Assembly: GCA_046707905.1 (NCBI GenBank)
Contig: JBKKDM010000212.1
Coordinates: 1 to 62,317 of the forward strand
DNA: 62,317 bases
Source: Candidatus Limnocylindrales bacterium
GTDB taxonomy: Bacteria; Chloroflexota; Limnocylindria; Limnocylindrales; CSP1-4
Direction: 5' to 3'
Within the stretch, counting starts at the first letter, position 1; each line of letters begins with the position of its first letter. The notes below the pieces were generated by a model. That model saw nothing but the letters and a program-made list of their open reading frames with translations, ran no database searches and was not told the origin of the DNA. Shown here in pieces: positions 40,503 through 51,175 of the stretch. Made by a program: the position numbers and the translations under genes.

Positions 40503-42241
40503 CTCGCGACTTCCAGCGGCCCACCGGCCGCGACCCAATCGATGACGAAGCGATCGCGCGGCTCGTCCGCGACGTCGCCGGAGGCTGGTCGATGCCGCCG
40601 GTGCGACTCGACGCGCCCTCCTGGCGGGATCGGGTCCGCAGCCCGCGCGCCCGCTGGCTCGATTCGGTTCGCGGCTGGCTGGTCCGAGTCGGACAGGCGG
40701 CCACGGCGGCCGTCGTGCTGACCGTCGTCGGGGCGCTCGTCGCGGTGCTGCTCCTCCGGCCGCCCATGGAACCGGGCAGCAGCCCCGAGCCTTCCGATCG
40801 CGGCACCGGCCCACTGCCGACGAGCGCCGCGTTCACCCCGCTGCCCAAGTTCCATGTCGACGGCGATGTGCCCAACCCCGCCGAGGTCCTCGTCGAGCTG
40901 GAGCAGGGTGACTTCGCCGTCGTGGACCTTGCGACCGGTGCCCGCGGCCCGGTCCCGATCGGCGCCGACTTCGGAAGCGTCGTGCGCTGGCGATCGGATG
41001 GGACGCTGCTGTGCCTCTGCGTGAAGCTCGGCGCCGACGCCAACACCCGCCCGACCGAAGCCGTGATCACGATCGATCGCTTCGACGCGAGCGGCGCGCC
41101 GCTCTCCAGCGTCCCAGCGGTCACCCTGGTCGGCGACCCCGATCCCCGCGACGGCACGCTCCCGGAGCGGCCGCCACACGTGGCCTTCGACCTGCGGCTC
41201 AGCGAGGGCGGCCGGTTCGGGATCATCGGCTGGAGCGTGCGGAAGCACCCGGCCTGGCAAAACGGCATCACGATCGTGGACCTCGCGGATGGCCGCGAGG
41301 TCAGCCAGATCCGGCTCCCGGACGACACGACGGGCGAGAGCGACACGCGGCGGGTCGTGCTGGCACCGCGGCTGCTGGGCGGCGGCGAGGGATCCGTGGT
41401 GCTCGCGCGGGAGTGGTACTCGTGGTCGCCGCCGGACTCGGAGGGCGAGAACTTCCGCCAGGGCACTGATGTCTTCACTGCGAGCATGTCCGGAGGCGTG
41501 CTCTCGGATCCGGAGCCGCTCGGCACGGCGGCGGACTGTGGCGAGCGCGTCGTCCGCGCCGGCTCGACGCGTGACGGTGGCTTGTGGCTCGTCTGTTCGC
41601 GCTCGAGCACGAATTCGATCGTCATCCGTCGCTTAGACGCCGCCGGAATGCTGGCCGGGGACACCACGCTGACGGCCCCGATCGGCGTCGATGGCGACCT
41701 GGTCGCCCTCAGCCCTGATGGCGAGACGCTCTTTGCGTGGCAGCCCGTCTCGGCGACGCTCGCACGCATCGACCTGGCGACGGGGGAGATGCGCCAGGGC
41801 AGCGCCTCCGGGACGGCAGCCCGGCCGTCGGGTGCGCTGACGGCGCTGGGCGACTGGCTTGCTCCGGCCGCGACGGCGAAAAGCTTCCTGCAGTCGGGAG
41901 TCGTCGTCTCGCCGGACGGCACGCGGGTCTACGCGGCAGGATTGGACGGTGTCGACGTCGATGCCGTGTCCGGCTCGTCGGGCATTCATGTGTTCGATGC
42001 GGCCACCCTGACGAGCCTTGGACGTTGGGAGCCGACCGCGGACTTCATCTCCCTCGCGGTCAGCAACGACGGGCGGTTCGTTTACGCCGCGGGGCTCGCT
42101 CGGTTCGATGCGAGCGGGCGGGAGCGGCCATCGCAGCAGGCCTCGATCACGGTCTTCGCGGCGGCCGATGGCGAGGTCCAGGTGATCGCGGGCAACCTCG
42201 GCTTCGACTTCCTGACGTTCGCGACGCCGATTCTCGACTGA
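40499..42241 (+). CDS. Putative anti-sigma membrane protein with extracytoplasmic beta-propeller
   Basis: ATGA overlap with the ECF gene; single TM; SPDG-type blade repeats. Confidence 0.7.
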   Translation: MTRDFQRPTGRDPIDDEAIARLVRDVAGGWSMPPVRLDAPSWRDRVRSPRARWLDSVRGWLVRVGQAATAAVVLTVVGALVAVLLLRPPMEPGSSPEPSDRGTGPLPTSAAFTPLPKFHVDGDVPNPAEVLVELEQGDFAVVDLATGARGPVPIGADFGSVVRWRSDGTLLCLCVKLGADANTRPTEAVITIDRFDASGAPLSSVPAVTLVGDPDPRDGTLPERPPHVAFDLRLSEGGRFGIIGWSVRKHPAWQNGITIVDLADGREVSQIRLPDDTTGESDTRRVVLAPRLLGGGEGSVVLAREWYSWSPPDSEGENFRQGTDVFTASMSGGVLSDPEPLGTAADCGERVVRAGSTRDGGLWLVCSRSSTNSIVIRRLDAAGMLAGDTTLTAPIGVDGDLVALSPDGETLFAWQPVSATLARIDLATGEMRQGSASGTAARPSGALTALGDWLAPAATAKSFLQSGVVVSPDGTRVYAAGLDGVDVDAVSGSSGIHVFDAATLTSLGRWEPTADFISLAVSNDGRFVYAAGLARFDASGRERPSQQASITVFAAADGEVQVIAGNLGFDFLTFATPILD

Positions 42242-42244
42242 GGC

Positions 42245-42838
42245 CTACGTCCCGCAGGCCTCGTTCCAGCGCTCGATGACGGCCGTATCGCGCTCCCACC
42301 CGAGCACCGACACCGTCGCGGTCGAGAGGGCGTAGAGCCGGCCCTCCGTCGGCGGCTCGCCGAGCCAGCGGGCGGCCAGCACGCGAAGCACGTGTCCGTG
42401 CGCAAAGACAAGGACGTCGCCATCGGCCGCCCGGACCCGCTCGATGACCCGGTCCACGCGCGCGGCCACCTGGGCCGCGGTCTCGCCGTCGCGTGGGCCG
42501 TCGCGCCAGACCGTCCAGCCGGGCCGGTCGACGCGGATCTCGGCGGTCGTCCGGCCCTCGTCGGCGCCGTAGTGCCACTCGAGCAGGTCGTCGTCGGTCT
42601 CGACCTCGCCCGCGAAGCCCGCGAGGCGGGCCGTCTCGAGGGCCCGCGAGAGAGGGCTCGACAGCACCAGGCCGAAGTCGTGGCCATCGAGCTTCCGAGC
42701 GACGCTGCGGGCCTGGGCGCGGCCGGCGTCGGTCAGCTGGAGGTCGGTTCGACCCGTGTGCCGCCCGAGCCGCGACCATTCCGTCTCGCCGTGCCGGACC
42801 AGCCAAAGCTCGGGCCGCGGGTCGTCGTCAGGGTCCAT
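42245..42838 (-). CDS. Histidine phosphatase family protein
   Basis: LVRHGETEWS, SSPLSRA, FAHGH. Confidence 0.92.
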   Translation of the reverse strand: MDPDDDPRPELWLVRHGETEWSRLGRHTGRTDLQLTDAGRAQARSVARKLDGHDFGLVLSSPLSRALETARLAGFAGEVETDDDLLEWHYGADEGRTTAEIRVDRPGWTVWRDGPRDGETAAQVAARVDRVIERVRAADGDVLVFAHGHVLRVLAARWLGEPPTEGRLYALSTATVSVLGWERDTAVIERWNEACGT

Positions 42839-42888
42839 GTGTGCATGGTCGCCGATCCGGGCATCGCCGGCCGCGTCGGCGCGTTGAC

Positions 42889-43452
42889 ATGGCCGCTAGC
42901 GTGGCGCCAATGCTCGGCGACGCTCGAACCCGTCGAATGGTCTGGCTCGCGACAGGCGCGGCCTGGGCCGTGAGCGCGCTCCTCGCGCTCGCGCAGCCGT
43001 CCCTGACGCAGCTCGCCAGCGTGCCGGGAATCGCGGCGCTCGCATACTCCGCGGCCTGGCTCCTGTTCGCCTGCAGCATCCTCCTGGTGAGCCGGCTCGC
43101 GGATGCGCGACGCACCCACGTCCTCGGCGGGGCGATCGCCGTTGCGGCGGCGATCACGGGTGTCGCCAATCTGGTCGTGAACGTGCTCAACGTCCAGGGC
43201 CTCGCGGAGTGGTATCTCTACGGCATCCTCGTGGCGACGGTCCTGCTCGTGCCGTTCTCGTACCTCTTCGCGCGCGAGCGCCTGCTCCGCCTGGTGGCGT
43301 TCTCGCTGGGATTGTTCCTGGGGATCGGGTTCGCGCCGCCGGTGCTCACCGGTGTGGTGGTGTTCTTCCTGTTCGGCGCGCTGGCACTCCGGACCGAGTG
43401 GTTCGAATCGCGCTCCGCGGCGCCCACGCCGGAGCCTGTCGGCCAGCTCTAG
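42889..43452 (+). CDS. Hypothetical membrane protein
   Basis: ~6 hydrophobic segments in the C-terminal part of ORF 42493..43452. Confidence 0.65.
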   Translation: MAASVAPMLGDARTRRMVWLATGAAWAVSALLALAQPSLTQLASVPGIAALAYSAAWLLFACSILLVSRLADARRTHVLGGAIAVAAAITGVANLVVNVLNVQGLAEWYLYGILVATVLLVPFSYLFARERLLRLVAFSLGLFLGIGFAPPVLTGVVVFFLFGALALRTEWFESRSAAPTPEPVGQL

Positions 43453-43953
43453 TCGACGTCCCAGTCGGCGAGCTCGACGCCGCAGTGCCGGCATTGGAAG
43501 AGGTAGGCGGTGGGCGGGCCGTCCCGCGACAGGTCCTGCACATTGCCGCCCATGTCCTGCCGGAGCAGCTCCAGCGCCGCCGGATCGCCGAGCAGCTCGT
43601 CGTAGCCCACGGGGCCGAGGAACATCGCCGCATCGTCGCAGTGCGTGAGCCACTGCTCCTGCTGCCAGCCCGAATAGCCGGGCGTTCGCCTCGTGACCTC
43701 GTCGATGATGGCGGGATCAAGACCGTCCAACGGCGCTGGATCCGTGAACTCGGCATCGAACCGGGCCGCGAACGACCCATCGGCGATGCATCGGGGACAC
43801 GGCGGTTCCGGCTCCTCGTCCGCGTAGATCGGTCCGCTGTAGACGTACTGGCGGTCGAGCCCGCAATACGGGCATCGACCCGGCTCGACGATGAATGCCG
43901 CTGCCGACCGGATCCGGGTGATATCGGAACCTCGGCAACCCCCGATCGATCAC
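43449..43953 (-). CDS. CbrC (UPF0167) family protein, frameshifted near 43897
   Basis: LPRFRYHPDP N-terminus in one frame; CPYC..YSGPIY..CPRCIADG..RTPGYSGWQQEQWLTHC..YLFQCRHC in another. Confidence 0.8.
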
Positions 43954-43965
43954 GGCTGGTCCCGC

Positions 43966-44565
43966 CTACCGGGGCAGGGGATTGGGGCCGGTCGCCGTGA
44001 CCAGGCGCTGCGGGACCCAGCCCTCCACGTGGTGGAACCCGGCGTTGAAGGGACCTTCGAAGACCTCCACCGAGGCCTGCAGCGAGAGTCGGTAGAACTT
44101 CACGTGCGTGAAGTCCTCCATCAGGATGTAGACCGGGTCGGGCGTGCTGTCCGGACCCTGGAACTGCTGGCCAGTCAGGACGGGCTTGTGGCGCTCCACG
44201 AACGCGTCGAAGGTGTCTTCGCCGACCACGACGCCGAGGTGCTCCAGGCCCATCTTGTAGACGCGCTGGTGGACCGGGGCGATGAGCTCGATCATCGGGA
44301 CCACCTTGCCGTCGAGGACCTCGAGCGGCTCGGTCGGAAGGATCAGGGAGATCGGCCGGCCGTTCCAGACGTTCTCGCGATTGGCCACTGCGTGACGCTC
44401 CAGGAGCGTGCGCACGTGCACGTACTCGTCCCACTCGGGCACGCGGAAGGCGAGGTGGCTGAGCGAGTACGGTGCGATGTCGATGCCGCGCGCCAGCAGG
44501 CGGTCGCGCTGCTGGGCGGCGAACCCTCGGTAGTCACCGATGATGTCCTCGATCGGGTCAGTCAT
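43966..44565 (-). CDS. YecM-like VOC family protein
   Basis: HLAFRV, ENVWNGRPI, IELIAP, GLEHLGVV. Confidence 0.75.
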   Translation of the reverse strand: MTDPIEDIIGDYRGFAAQQRDRLLARGIDIAPYSLSHLAFRVPEWDEYVHVRTLLERHAVANRENVWNGRPISLILPTEPLEVLDGKVVPMIELIAPVHQRVYKMGLEHLGVVVGEDTFDAFVERHKPVLTGQQFQGPDSTPDPVYILMEDFTHVKFYRLSLQASVEVFEGPFNAGFHHVEGWVPQRLVTATGPNPLPR

Positions 44566-44605
44566 CGCATCACCTCGCACGGGCAGGCCGCGCTGCCGTC
44601 TGCGC

Positions 44606-45289
44606 TCAGGATGCCTGATCGATGTACTGCAGCGGGATCACCGCGAACCCGTCGGGCAGCCGGACGCCGGTGGCGTGGTTCGGGCAGTAGCCGTTGGGGA
44701 CCTTGTCGAGGTACTGCTGGTGGTAGTCCTCGGCGAAGTAGAACGTCGGCGCAGGCGGGCCCGTGATCTCGGTCGCGATCGGGCCGTAACCCGAGGCGCT
44801 GAGGATCTCCTGGTACATCGCCTTCGAGGCCTCGGCCGCCCGGCGCTGCGCCTCGTCCTGGACGAAGATCGCCGAGCGGTACTGGGTCCCGACGTCGTTG
44901 CCCTGGCGCATCGACTGCGTCGGGTCGTGGCTCTCCCAGAAGACCTTCAGGAGCTTCTCGTAGGAGGTCTTCGAGGGGTCGAAGACCACGCGGACCGCCT
45001 CGGCGTGCCCGGTCTTGCCGGTGCAGGCCTCCTTGTACGTGGGGTTGGGCGTGTATCCGCCCTGGTAGCCGACGGCCGTCGTCCAGACGCCGGGCTGCTC
45101 CCAGAACGTCTTCTCCTCGCCCCAGAAGCAGCCGAGGGCGAACTCGGCGACCTGGAAGCCGTCCGGGTAGGGGCCGGCGATCGGTGTCCCGAGGATCGTG
45201 TGCGGGCGCGGTTCGAGGATCGGCGTGGCGCGCCCGGGAAGGGCGTCGGTGGGGGAGGGCAGCTTATCTGGGCGGCCGAAGGAGAACAT
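44606..45289 (-). CDS. msrA: Peptide-methionine (S)-S-oxide reductase
   Basis: [39 protein letters not shown]. Confidence 0.95.
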   Translation of the reverse strand: MFSFGRPDKLPSPTDALPGRATPILEPRPHTILGTPIAGPYPDGFQVAEFALGCFWGEEKTFWEQPGVWTTAVGYQGGYTPNPTYKEACTGKTGHAEAVRVVFDPSKTSYEKLLKVFWESHDPTQSMRQGNDVGTQYRSAIFVQDEAQRRAAEASKAMYQEILSASGYGPIATEITGPPAPTFYFAEDYHQQYLDKVPNGYCPNHATGVRLPDGFAVIPLQYIDQAS

Positions 45290-45356
45290 GCGGAGATCGC
45301 TCCTGGTTTCGAGTGGATGGCCGCAGTCTACGTCCAGACGATGACGGACTGATGTC

Positions 45357-45863
45357 TCAGCGCCGCAGCGACCCCACCACGAGCGCCCCGCCAAGCAGCA
45401 GCAGGACCACTGGCCACAGGACGTCCGAGTCGATCTGGGGGATGAAGCGCTGGAGCAGGAACCAGGCGCCAAGCACCACCAGCACCAGTCCGAGGACCAC
45501 CGCCCCGCCACCGCGCTCCCGTCGCTCGACGCCCGCCCGATAGCCCCAGGCCGGTCCTGCCGCCCCGGTTGTCGCGGTCGGGCCGCCCGAGGCGCCCGAC
45601 GCTGCGCCCGAGGACGCATCGGGCGCAGCGGCCCCGGAGCTCGCCTGGCCGCCGGAGGCCGTCGATGACGCCCAGCCCGCCGGCGCCTCGGGGATCACGA
45701 TCGCGGCGACGATGTAGACGAGGATTCCCGCACCGCCCACGATCGCCAGCAGCGCCCACACGATCCGGACGATCGAGGGGTCGATGTCCAGGAAGCGCGC
45801 CATCCCGCCGGCGACCCCGAAGAGCATCCGGTCCTCGCGCGACCGATACAGCCGGTCACGCAT
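45357..45863 (-). CDS. PspC domain protein with C-terminal LiaI/LiaF-like TM
   Basis: [35 protein letters not shown]. Confidence 0.88.
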   Translation of the reverse strand: MRDRLYRSREDRMLFGVAGGMARFLDIDPSIVRIVWALLAIVGGAGILVYIVAAIVIPEAPAGWASSTASGGQASSGAAAPDASSGAASGASGGPTATTGAAGPAWGYRAGVERRERGGGAVVLGLVLVVLGAWFLLQRFIPQIDSDVLWPVVLLLLGGALVVGSLRR

Positions 45864-46833
45864 CGCAGGTGCCGTCCTGGTCGAGGCGGAAGGACCCGGC
45901 GTTCGCGCTGACCCGGAGGTCGAGATACGGCGACGACGTGTTCAGGCCCGGGCTCTCCCAGGTGTTCGAGTCGACCTTGGTCAGGCCTGCGGCATCGAGG
46001 TCGTTCGAGCCGAGCGCCCCGCCCCAGGCCACCCGCATCGGCGCCCCCGGCGCCATGCAGATGGTCAGGCTGCCGGCATTCAGCGAGAGGTTTGCCGACC
46101 GACCGCCGTGCGGGAGCGCGATCGTCGCGCTGCCGGCGTTCAGGGTGGCGTTGACGTCGCCGAGCGCGCTCGTGCGGGTCAGCTCGAGGAGCGCGGATCC
46201 GGCGTTGACCGTGAGGTTGACCGACTGGAGGTTCCCGGCCGGCGCGATCGAGCCCTCGCCGGCATTGACCGTGATGCCGAGCTCGAGCTGCGGGTCGGTC
46301 GGGACCGAGACCGTCCAGTCGGTGCGGCCGGCGCTGGCGAAGAACGAGCCGCGGCTGCCGGCCTCGATGTCCACCGCGTCGCCTTCGATGTCGATCTCGG
46401 GCGCTTCGCCGTCGAACTCCGTTCCGGAGATGGACCATGCCGATCCGGACGTCGGTTGGACCGTCAGGCTGCCGCAGCTGAGCTCGATGGTCAGGCGACC
46501 CGGGCTCGCGATCGTCCCCGACTGGGTCGCGAACGCCGTGCCAGGCCCTTGACCGCCACAGCCAGTGGAGACGGGGGCGCCGGCGAAGCCCGAAGCGAGC
46601 AGCCCGCCGCCCATGATCCCGAAGACGACCGCCGAGATCCCGCCGCCGACCCAATCGATCGGGCTGCCGCGGAGGAGCAGGCCGATGCCCCAGCCGATCA
46701 GGAGGAGCGGCCACAGCGTCGGCCAGCGACCGACGAGCTCCGGGTCGAGGGCGCCCGCGCGCGTCGCGAGCGGGATCGCTCCGACGAGGATGAAGAACAG
46801 GCCCCAGCCGAGGAGCCGTCGATCGACGCGCAT
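45856..46833 (-). CDS. LiaF-like TM region plus adhesin/toast-rack-like beta domain
   Basis: WGLFFILVG..WPLLLIGWG, followed by repeated xNAGS beta repeats. Confidence 0.7.
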   Translation of the reverse strand: MRVDRRLLGWGLFFILVGAIPLATRAGALDPELVGRWPTLWPLLLIGWGIGLLLRGSPIDWVGGGISAVVFGIMGGGLLASGFAGAPVSTGCGGQGPGTAFATQSGTIASPGRLTIELSCGSLTVQPTSGSAWSISGTEFDGEAPEIDIEGDAVDIEAGSRGSFFASAGRTDWTVSVPTDPQLELGITVNAGEGSIAPAGNLQSVNLTVNAGSALLELTRTSALGDVNATLNAGSATIALPHGGRSANLSLNAGSLTICMAPGAPMRVAWGGALGSNDLDAAGLTKVDSNTWESPGLNTSSPYLDLRVSANAGSFRLDQDGTCDA

Positions 46834-46919
46834 CGTTCCTCCGGTTCGCCACCGTGCGGCGCCCACGATAGCCCTCACCTGTGGACCCGGGGTGGTAGTC
46901 TCGCGCCCGGAGTGAGGGG

Positions 46920-47903
46920 ATGAGCCAGACGATCGGCCGGGCCATCGGCGCGAGCGAGCCGCTCGTGGCGCCGGACGCGACGCGTCCCGAGCAGCCCCAG
47001 TGGCCTGTCACGCCGCCCAGCCCGGCTGCTGGACCCCGACACCACACCGACCGGGAGGCGGCGACGCGGCTGCTCCCGCGCGGCGACCTCGGCAGGTTCC
47101 AGCGCTGGTTCCGGAACTGGTTTTCGAGGACGGTCTCGAAGCTGATCATGAAGGGCTGGTTCCGGATCACGGTCGTCCATCCGGAGCGGTTCCTCGACGA
47201 GCCCTGCGTCTATGCCTTCAACCACCTCAGCTGGATGGACCCGATGCTCCTGCTGGCGACGTTCCCGAAGGCGCCCCGGCTGTACTTCTACGGCCCCAAG
47301 CAGGAGAACCTCAAGGAGGGCCGTCGCAACCGGTTCATGTGGTGGACCGGCGTGCCCGTGCCGTTCAGCCCGCTCAAGGACGACCTCATCACGTCCGTCC
47401 GCTACGTCCAGGCCGTGTTCGACTCCGGCGGCTCGCTGGCGATCGCGCCCGAGGGCTCCATCCACGTCCACGAGGGCGACCTCCTGCCATTCGAGGATGG
47501 GGCGGCGTACCTCGCGCTTCGCGCCGGAGTCCCGATCGTCCCGGTTGCGATCACCGGGATCTCTGCGGCGATCTTCCGGGGCCGGATCCTGGTCCGGCTC
47601 GGGGAGCCGATCGACGTCGAAGGGCGGCCGTCGAAGCGCAACATCGACCATTACTCGGCGGTCGCGTGGCACGCGATCAAGGCGATGGTCGCGGGCGACC
47701 GCGACCTGTCGCCACCGAGCCGGTTCGAGGGCTGGCTGACGGACCTCTTCAACGACTGGGGCGAGGGTGGGCGAGCCGCGGCCGAGCATCGCCGCGGCCC
47801 CCATCCGGCGGACGTGCCGATCCCGCCGCTGGCATCGATCGTTGCCGACTCGGCCGCGCTGTCCCCGGAACCTGGCGTCGAGGTCATCGCTGCCGCTCGC
47901 TGA
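46920..47903 (+). CDS. Lysophospholipid acyltransferase (PlsC-like)
   Basis: NHLSWMD, IAPEG, PIVPVAI. Confidence 0.88.
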   Translation: MSQTIGRAIGASEPLVAPDATRPEQPQWPVTPPSPAAGPRHHTDREAATRLLPRGDLGRFQRWFRNWFSRTVSKLIMKGWFRITVVHPERFLDEPCVYAFNHLSWMDPMLLLATFPKAPRLYFYGPKQENLKEGRRNRFMWWTGVPVPFSPLKDDLITSVRYVQAVFDSGGSLAIAPEGSIHVHEGDLLPFEDGAAYLALRAGVPIVPVAITGISAAIFRGRILVRLGEPIDVEGRPSKRNIDHYSAVAWHAIKAMVAGDRDLSPPSRFEGWLTDLFNDWGEGGRAAAEHRRGPHPADVPIPPLASIVADSAALSPEPGVEVIAAAR

Positions 47904-47944
47904 GGGCGACGTTCCCCGAGAGCTGTCTGGCATACTCGGCCCCG

Positions 47945-48310
47945 ATGAGCGGCACCGGCCTGTCGGCCAATCCGAAGGAGTACCGCGAGCGGCTCGCCGA
48001 CCAACCGGACGACCAGATCGACCGCTGGGTCTCGGAGCTCATGCGAGACGTCGTGAAGCGCCGGGGGATCGTGAAGGTCGTCAACGACTTCCGATCGGCG
48101 GCGAAGCTCACCGAGGCTGAATTCGAACGGGCGTTCGCTTTCGGTGGCGGTGCGCCACGGACCTTGGGGCGCGACGCCAATGGTCGCCTGATCGTCCCGA
48201 CCGTCAGCCTGTGGGTCCTGGTCCCGGGCGTGCGGGCGCTCGTCGGGGACAGCCGCGGGCGCCTGATCGAGTATCTCGTCTCGAACTTCGACGAGCTCGT
48301 GTACGTCTGA
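47945..48310 (+). CDS. Hypothetical protein
   Basis: Protein-like composition in the C-terminal part of ORF 47000..48310 (MSGTGLSANPKEY...). Confidence 0.7.
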   Translation: MSGTGLSANPKEYRERLADQPDDQIDRWVSELMRDVVKRRGIVKVVNDFRSAAKLTEAEFERAFAFGGGAPRTLGRDANGRLIVPTVSLWVLVPGVRALVGDSRGRLIEYLVSNFDELVYV

Positions 48311-48341
48311 GCCCGGCCGGCTCCGTCATCTCGCCGGGGCG

Positions 48342-49217
48342 GTGCGCCTTGGCCACCCATTCCCCTCGCTCCTCGTCGCCACCGCGACGCTGGCCATCGC
48401 GACCCTCGCGGGAGCGCCGGCGCTCGTCGGGGCGCGGCTGTGGCTCGCGATGCTTTCCATCCAGGTATCGATCGGGGCGCTGAACGACTGGGTGGATCGC
48501 GAGCGAGACGCGGGGGAGAAGCCGGCCAAGCCGATCCCTGCCGGAATGGTCTCGCCGGGCTTCGCACTGGCCGTCGCCGGCGCCGCTGGCTTCGTGGGCG
48601 TCGTCCTGTCCGGGCTGTCGGGACTTGGAGCCGGGGTGGCCGGCGCCGTGGCGCTGGGGCTCGGGGCGACGTACGACCTGCGCCTCTCCCGGACGACCTG
48701 GTCGTGGCTGCCCCTGGCGCTGGCGCTGCCGGTCGTCCCGATCCACGCCTGGCTCGGGGCCACAGGCTCCGTCCCGCCCGGGTTGCTGGCCCTCATCCCG
48801 GCAGGCCTGGGAGCGGGTGCCGCCCTCGCCCTGGCGAACGGCCTCGTCGACCTCGAGCGGGATGCCCGGACCGAGCGACGCGGGGCCGTGGTCGCCCTTG
48901 GACCGAGGCGGGCCTGGCTGGCGCATGCGGTGCTCCTCGGTGTGGTCGCGGCGTTCGCCGTTCTCGTGGCACCAGCGGTGCCGGCTGGTGGGGGAGCGCC
49001 GACCGGGAGCCCTTCGCTCATCCCGCTGGAGGTCCTGCGGGGCCTCCGGACGTGGGCCGTGCTCGCCGGCGTCACCGCCCTTGCGCTCGGGGCCGTGGCG
49101 CTCCGGGCAGTCCGTCCGGCGGTCCGGGAGCGAGGCTGGGAGCTCGAGGCCGTGGGGGTCGCTGGGATCGGCCTCGGGTGGCTCGCCGGAACGGCGGCCT
49201 CGGTCGCCGGGGCCTGA
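48342..49217 (+). CDS. UbiA prenyltransferase family protein
   Basis: NDWVDRERD..KPIPAG; NGLVDLERD; multiple TM. Confidence 0.82.
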   Translation: MRLGHPFPSLLVATATLAIATLAGAPALVGARLWLAMLSIQVSIGALNDWVDRERDAGEKPAKPIPAGMVSPGFALAVAGAAGFVGVVLSGLSGLGAGVAGAVALGLGATYDLRLSRTTWSWLPLALALPVVPIHAWLGATGSVPPGLLALIPAGLGAGAALALANGLVDLERDARTERRGAVVALGPRRAWLAHAVLLGVVAAFAVLVAPAVPAGGGAPTGSPSLIPLEVLRGLRTWAVLAGVTALALGAVALRAVRPAVRERGWELEAVGVAGIGLGWLAGTAASVAGA

Positions 49218-49419
49218 ACGAAGACGCTCCGTGCGCGAAGTCCGCGGCCGACCTCGGCGCTTCGCGAGAACCGCGGCGCCTCGCGGGGGAGCCTCGCCGG
49301 CCCGTGGCGGGCGCGCACCGGACCAAGGTACGACCCGAAAGGGCCACTAACCAGGCGCCCGGCCGGTCGTTATGGTCGATGACGTTCTCATCTCTCACCA
49401 ACGAGGAGCCCAAGCCTTG

Positions 49420-50067
49420 ATGCACGCACTGATCGGTCACACCCGACACCTCCTGCTCGCGCTGACCGTGCTCGCCCTGTCCGCCGGACTCGCGTTTGCG
49501 TCCACGCCTCCCGCCGCCGGGCCGGGCCTCGCCAACGCCGCCTCCGACACCGGCAACGCAGTCGACGGCGACGAGATCCTCGGCGAAGACGACGAAGCCG
49601 GCGAAGACGAGGATTCCGACGAGGACGTCGACGAGGACGCCGACGAGGACGAGGACAGCGAAGTCGAGGACGAGGACAGCGAAGACGAGGACGAGGACAG
49701 CGAAGACGAGGACGAGGCTGCCGACGAGGGCGCAGGGGCCGACGGGGAGGGTGCCGGCGGCGAGCATTGCGCCACCGACCCGAGTGTCGCCACTGAGGAA
49801 GCGCTCGCACTGCTGAACCACGGCTCGCTCGCGTGCTGGGCGGCCCATCAGGCCGAGTGGCCAGAGTGGTTTTCCAACCACGGGGCGTTCGTTCGCTGCT
49901 GGGCCCACCATGGCAAGGCCGATGCCGCGTCGTGCACCGTGGATCCGAACGCCGAGACCGAGACCGAGGTCGCTCCGGCCGCGGCGACTGCCACCAAGGG
50001 CGCCCACGGCAAGGGCCAGGGCAAGGGTCACGGCAAGGCCAAGGGGAAGGCCAAGCACGGCGCCTAA
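49420..50067 (+). CDS. Secreted protein with Asp/Glu tract and Lys/Gly/His tail
   Basis: GAGGAG RBS, signal peptide (LAFA), D/E run, two NHG..C repeats, HGKGQGKGHGKAKGKAKHGA. Confidence 0.75.
   Translation: MHALIGHTRHLLLALTVLALSAGLAFASTPPAAGPGLANAASDTGNAVDGDEILGEDDEAGEDEDSDEDVDEDADEDEDSEVEDEDSEDEDEDSEDEDEAADEGAGADGEGAGGEHCATDPSVATEEALALLNHGSLACWAAHQAEWPEWFSNHGAFVRCWAHHGKADAASCTVDPNAETETEVAPAAATATKGAHGKGQGKGHGKAKGKAKHGA
49645..49717 (+). repeat. 21-bp coding tandem repeat x3.5
   Basis: GAGGACGAGGACAGCGAAG(T/A)C units (EDEDSE[V/D]). Confidence 0.85.
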
Positions 50068-50098
50068 CACGTACGCGATTCGCCGCCACCGCTGAATC

Positions 50099-50129
50099 GA
50101 AGAGCCCCGCCGCTCTGGCGGGGCTCTTC
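50099..50129. terminator. Probable bidirectional intrinsic terminator
   Basis: GAAGAGCCCCGCC-GCTCT-GGCGGGGCTCTTC 13-bp stem between convergent genes. Confidence 0.85.
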
Positions 50130-50155
50130 TCGTTTCCTCGGGCGGTGGGTCGGAG

Positions 50156-51175
50156 CTAGTTGCTCCCGTCGCTCCGGATCACCGCGATCGCGTTCTCCAG
50201 GCGGAGCTTGGCGATCATGAGGTACTTCGCAAGGTTGGCCCGGTCGACGGCCGCGATGCCGCCGACGACGTCCGGAGCGCGAAGGATGTCCATCAGGCCC
50301 TCGACCGCATCAGTCAGCTGCTGCTTGGCGGCGATGAGCGAGTCGTCCCGAAGGCTGGCCGCCGAGAGCTCGCGTCGTCGCCCGGTCCAGGCGGATTCGG
50401 CCTCGTCTGTCGTCTCGTCGCCACTGCGCTCGACGTCGTCGCCATCAGTGGGCTCCGATGGCGCAGACCGCGCGGGGCGGCCCTCGATCTTGTCCCGAAG
50501 CTTGATGAGCGTCAGCTCGCCTCTTGCGACCTGCGCCGCGAGCCGCTTGCGCTTCTTTGGGTCGGTGACCTTCATCAGTTCGTAGGCGTGCGACAGGGTG
50601 TCTTTGCGCAAGGACACCAGCTCCCGCACCTCTTCCGGGGCGTCGGCGAGGCGCATCCGATTCTCGAGATAGCCCTTGTCCTTGCCCAGCTTCTGCGCCA
50701 GGCGCCGGACGGAGTAGCCATGTTCGCGAACCATTCGGTCGTACATCGCCGCCTCGTCCAGTGGCGTGAGGTCTTCGCGCTGGAGGTTCTCGATGATGGA
50801 GATCTCGAGCGCCGTGTCGTCGTCGATTTCCTCGACGAGCGCCGGGATGGTCTCGAGGCCGGCCGCCTTGGAGGCCCGCCAGCGCCGCTCGCCGGCGATC
50901 AGCTGGAACTCGCCGCCGTCAAGCGGGCGGACGAGAATCGGCTGGAGGACGCCGTGCTCTCGGATCGAGGCCGCGAGCTCCTCCAACGTCGTCTCGTCGA
51001 AGACCACGCGGGGCTGCTCGGGGTTTGGCTGGATTTGATCGATCTCGAGATTCCTAACGCCGCCGCGCACCCGACCGTGGCGATCGTTCGAGAGCAGGCT
51101 GACGATGGCAGGGGAGAGCTCGCGCTCCTCGGACAGCCGCCGCGCCGCGGCGGCGCGGAAATCAGTTCTGGCCAA
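50156..51175 (-). CDS. parB: ParB/Spo0J partition protein (TTG start)
   Basis: [36 protein letters not shown]; GGAGG RBS. Confidence 0.92.
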   Translation of the reverse strand: MARTDFRAAAARRLSEERELSPAIVSLLSNDRHGRVRGGVRNLEIDQIQPNPEQPRVVFDETTLEELAASIREHGVLQPILVRPLDGGEFQLIAGERRWRASKAAGLETIPALVEEIDDDTALEISIIENLQREDLTPLDEAAMYDRMVREHGYSVRRLAQKLGKDKGYLENRMRLADAPEEVRELVSLRKDTLSHAYELMKVTDPKKRKRLAAQVARGELTLIKLRDKIEGRPARSAPSEPTDGDDVERSGDETTDEAESAWTGRRRELSAASLRDDSLIAAKQQLTDAVEGLMDILRAPDVVGGIAAVDRANLAKYLMIAKLRLENAIAVIRSDGSN

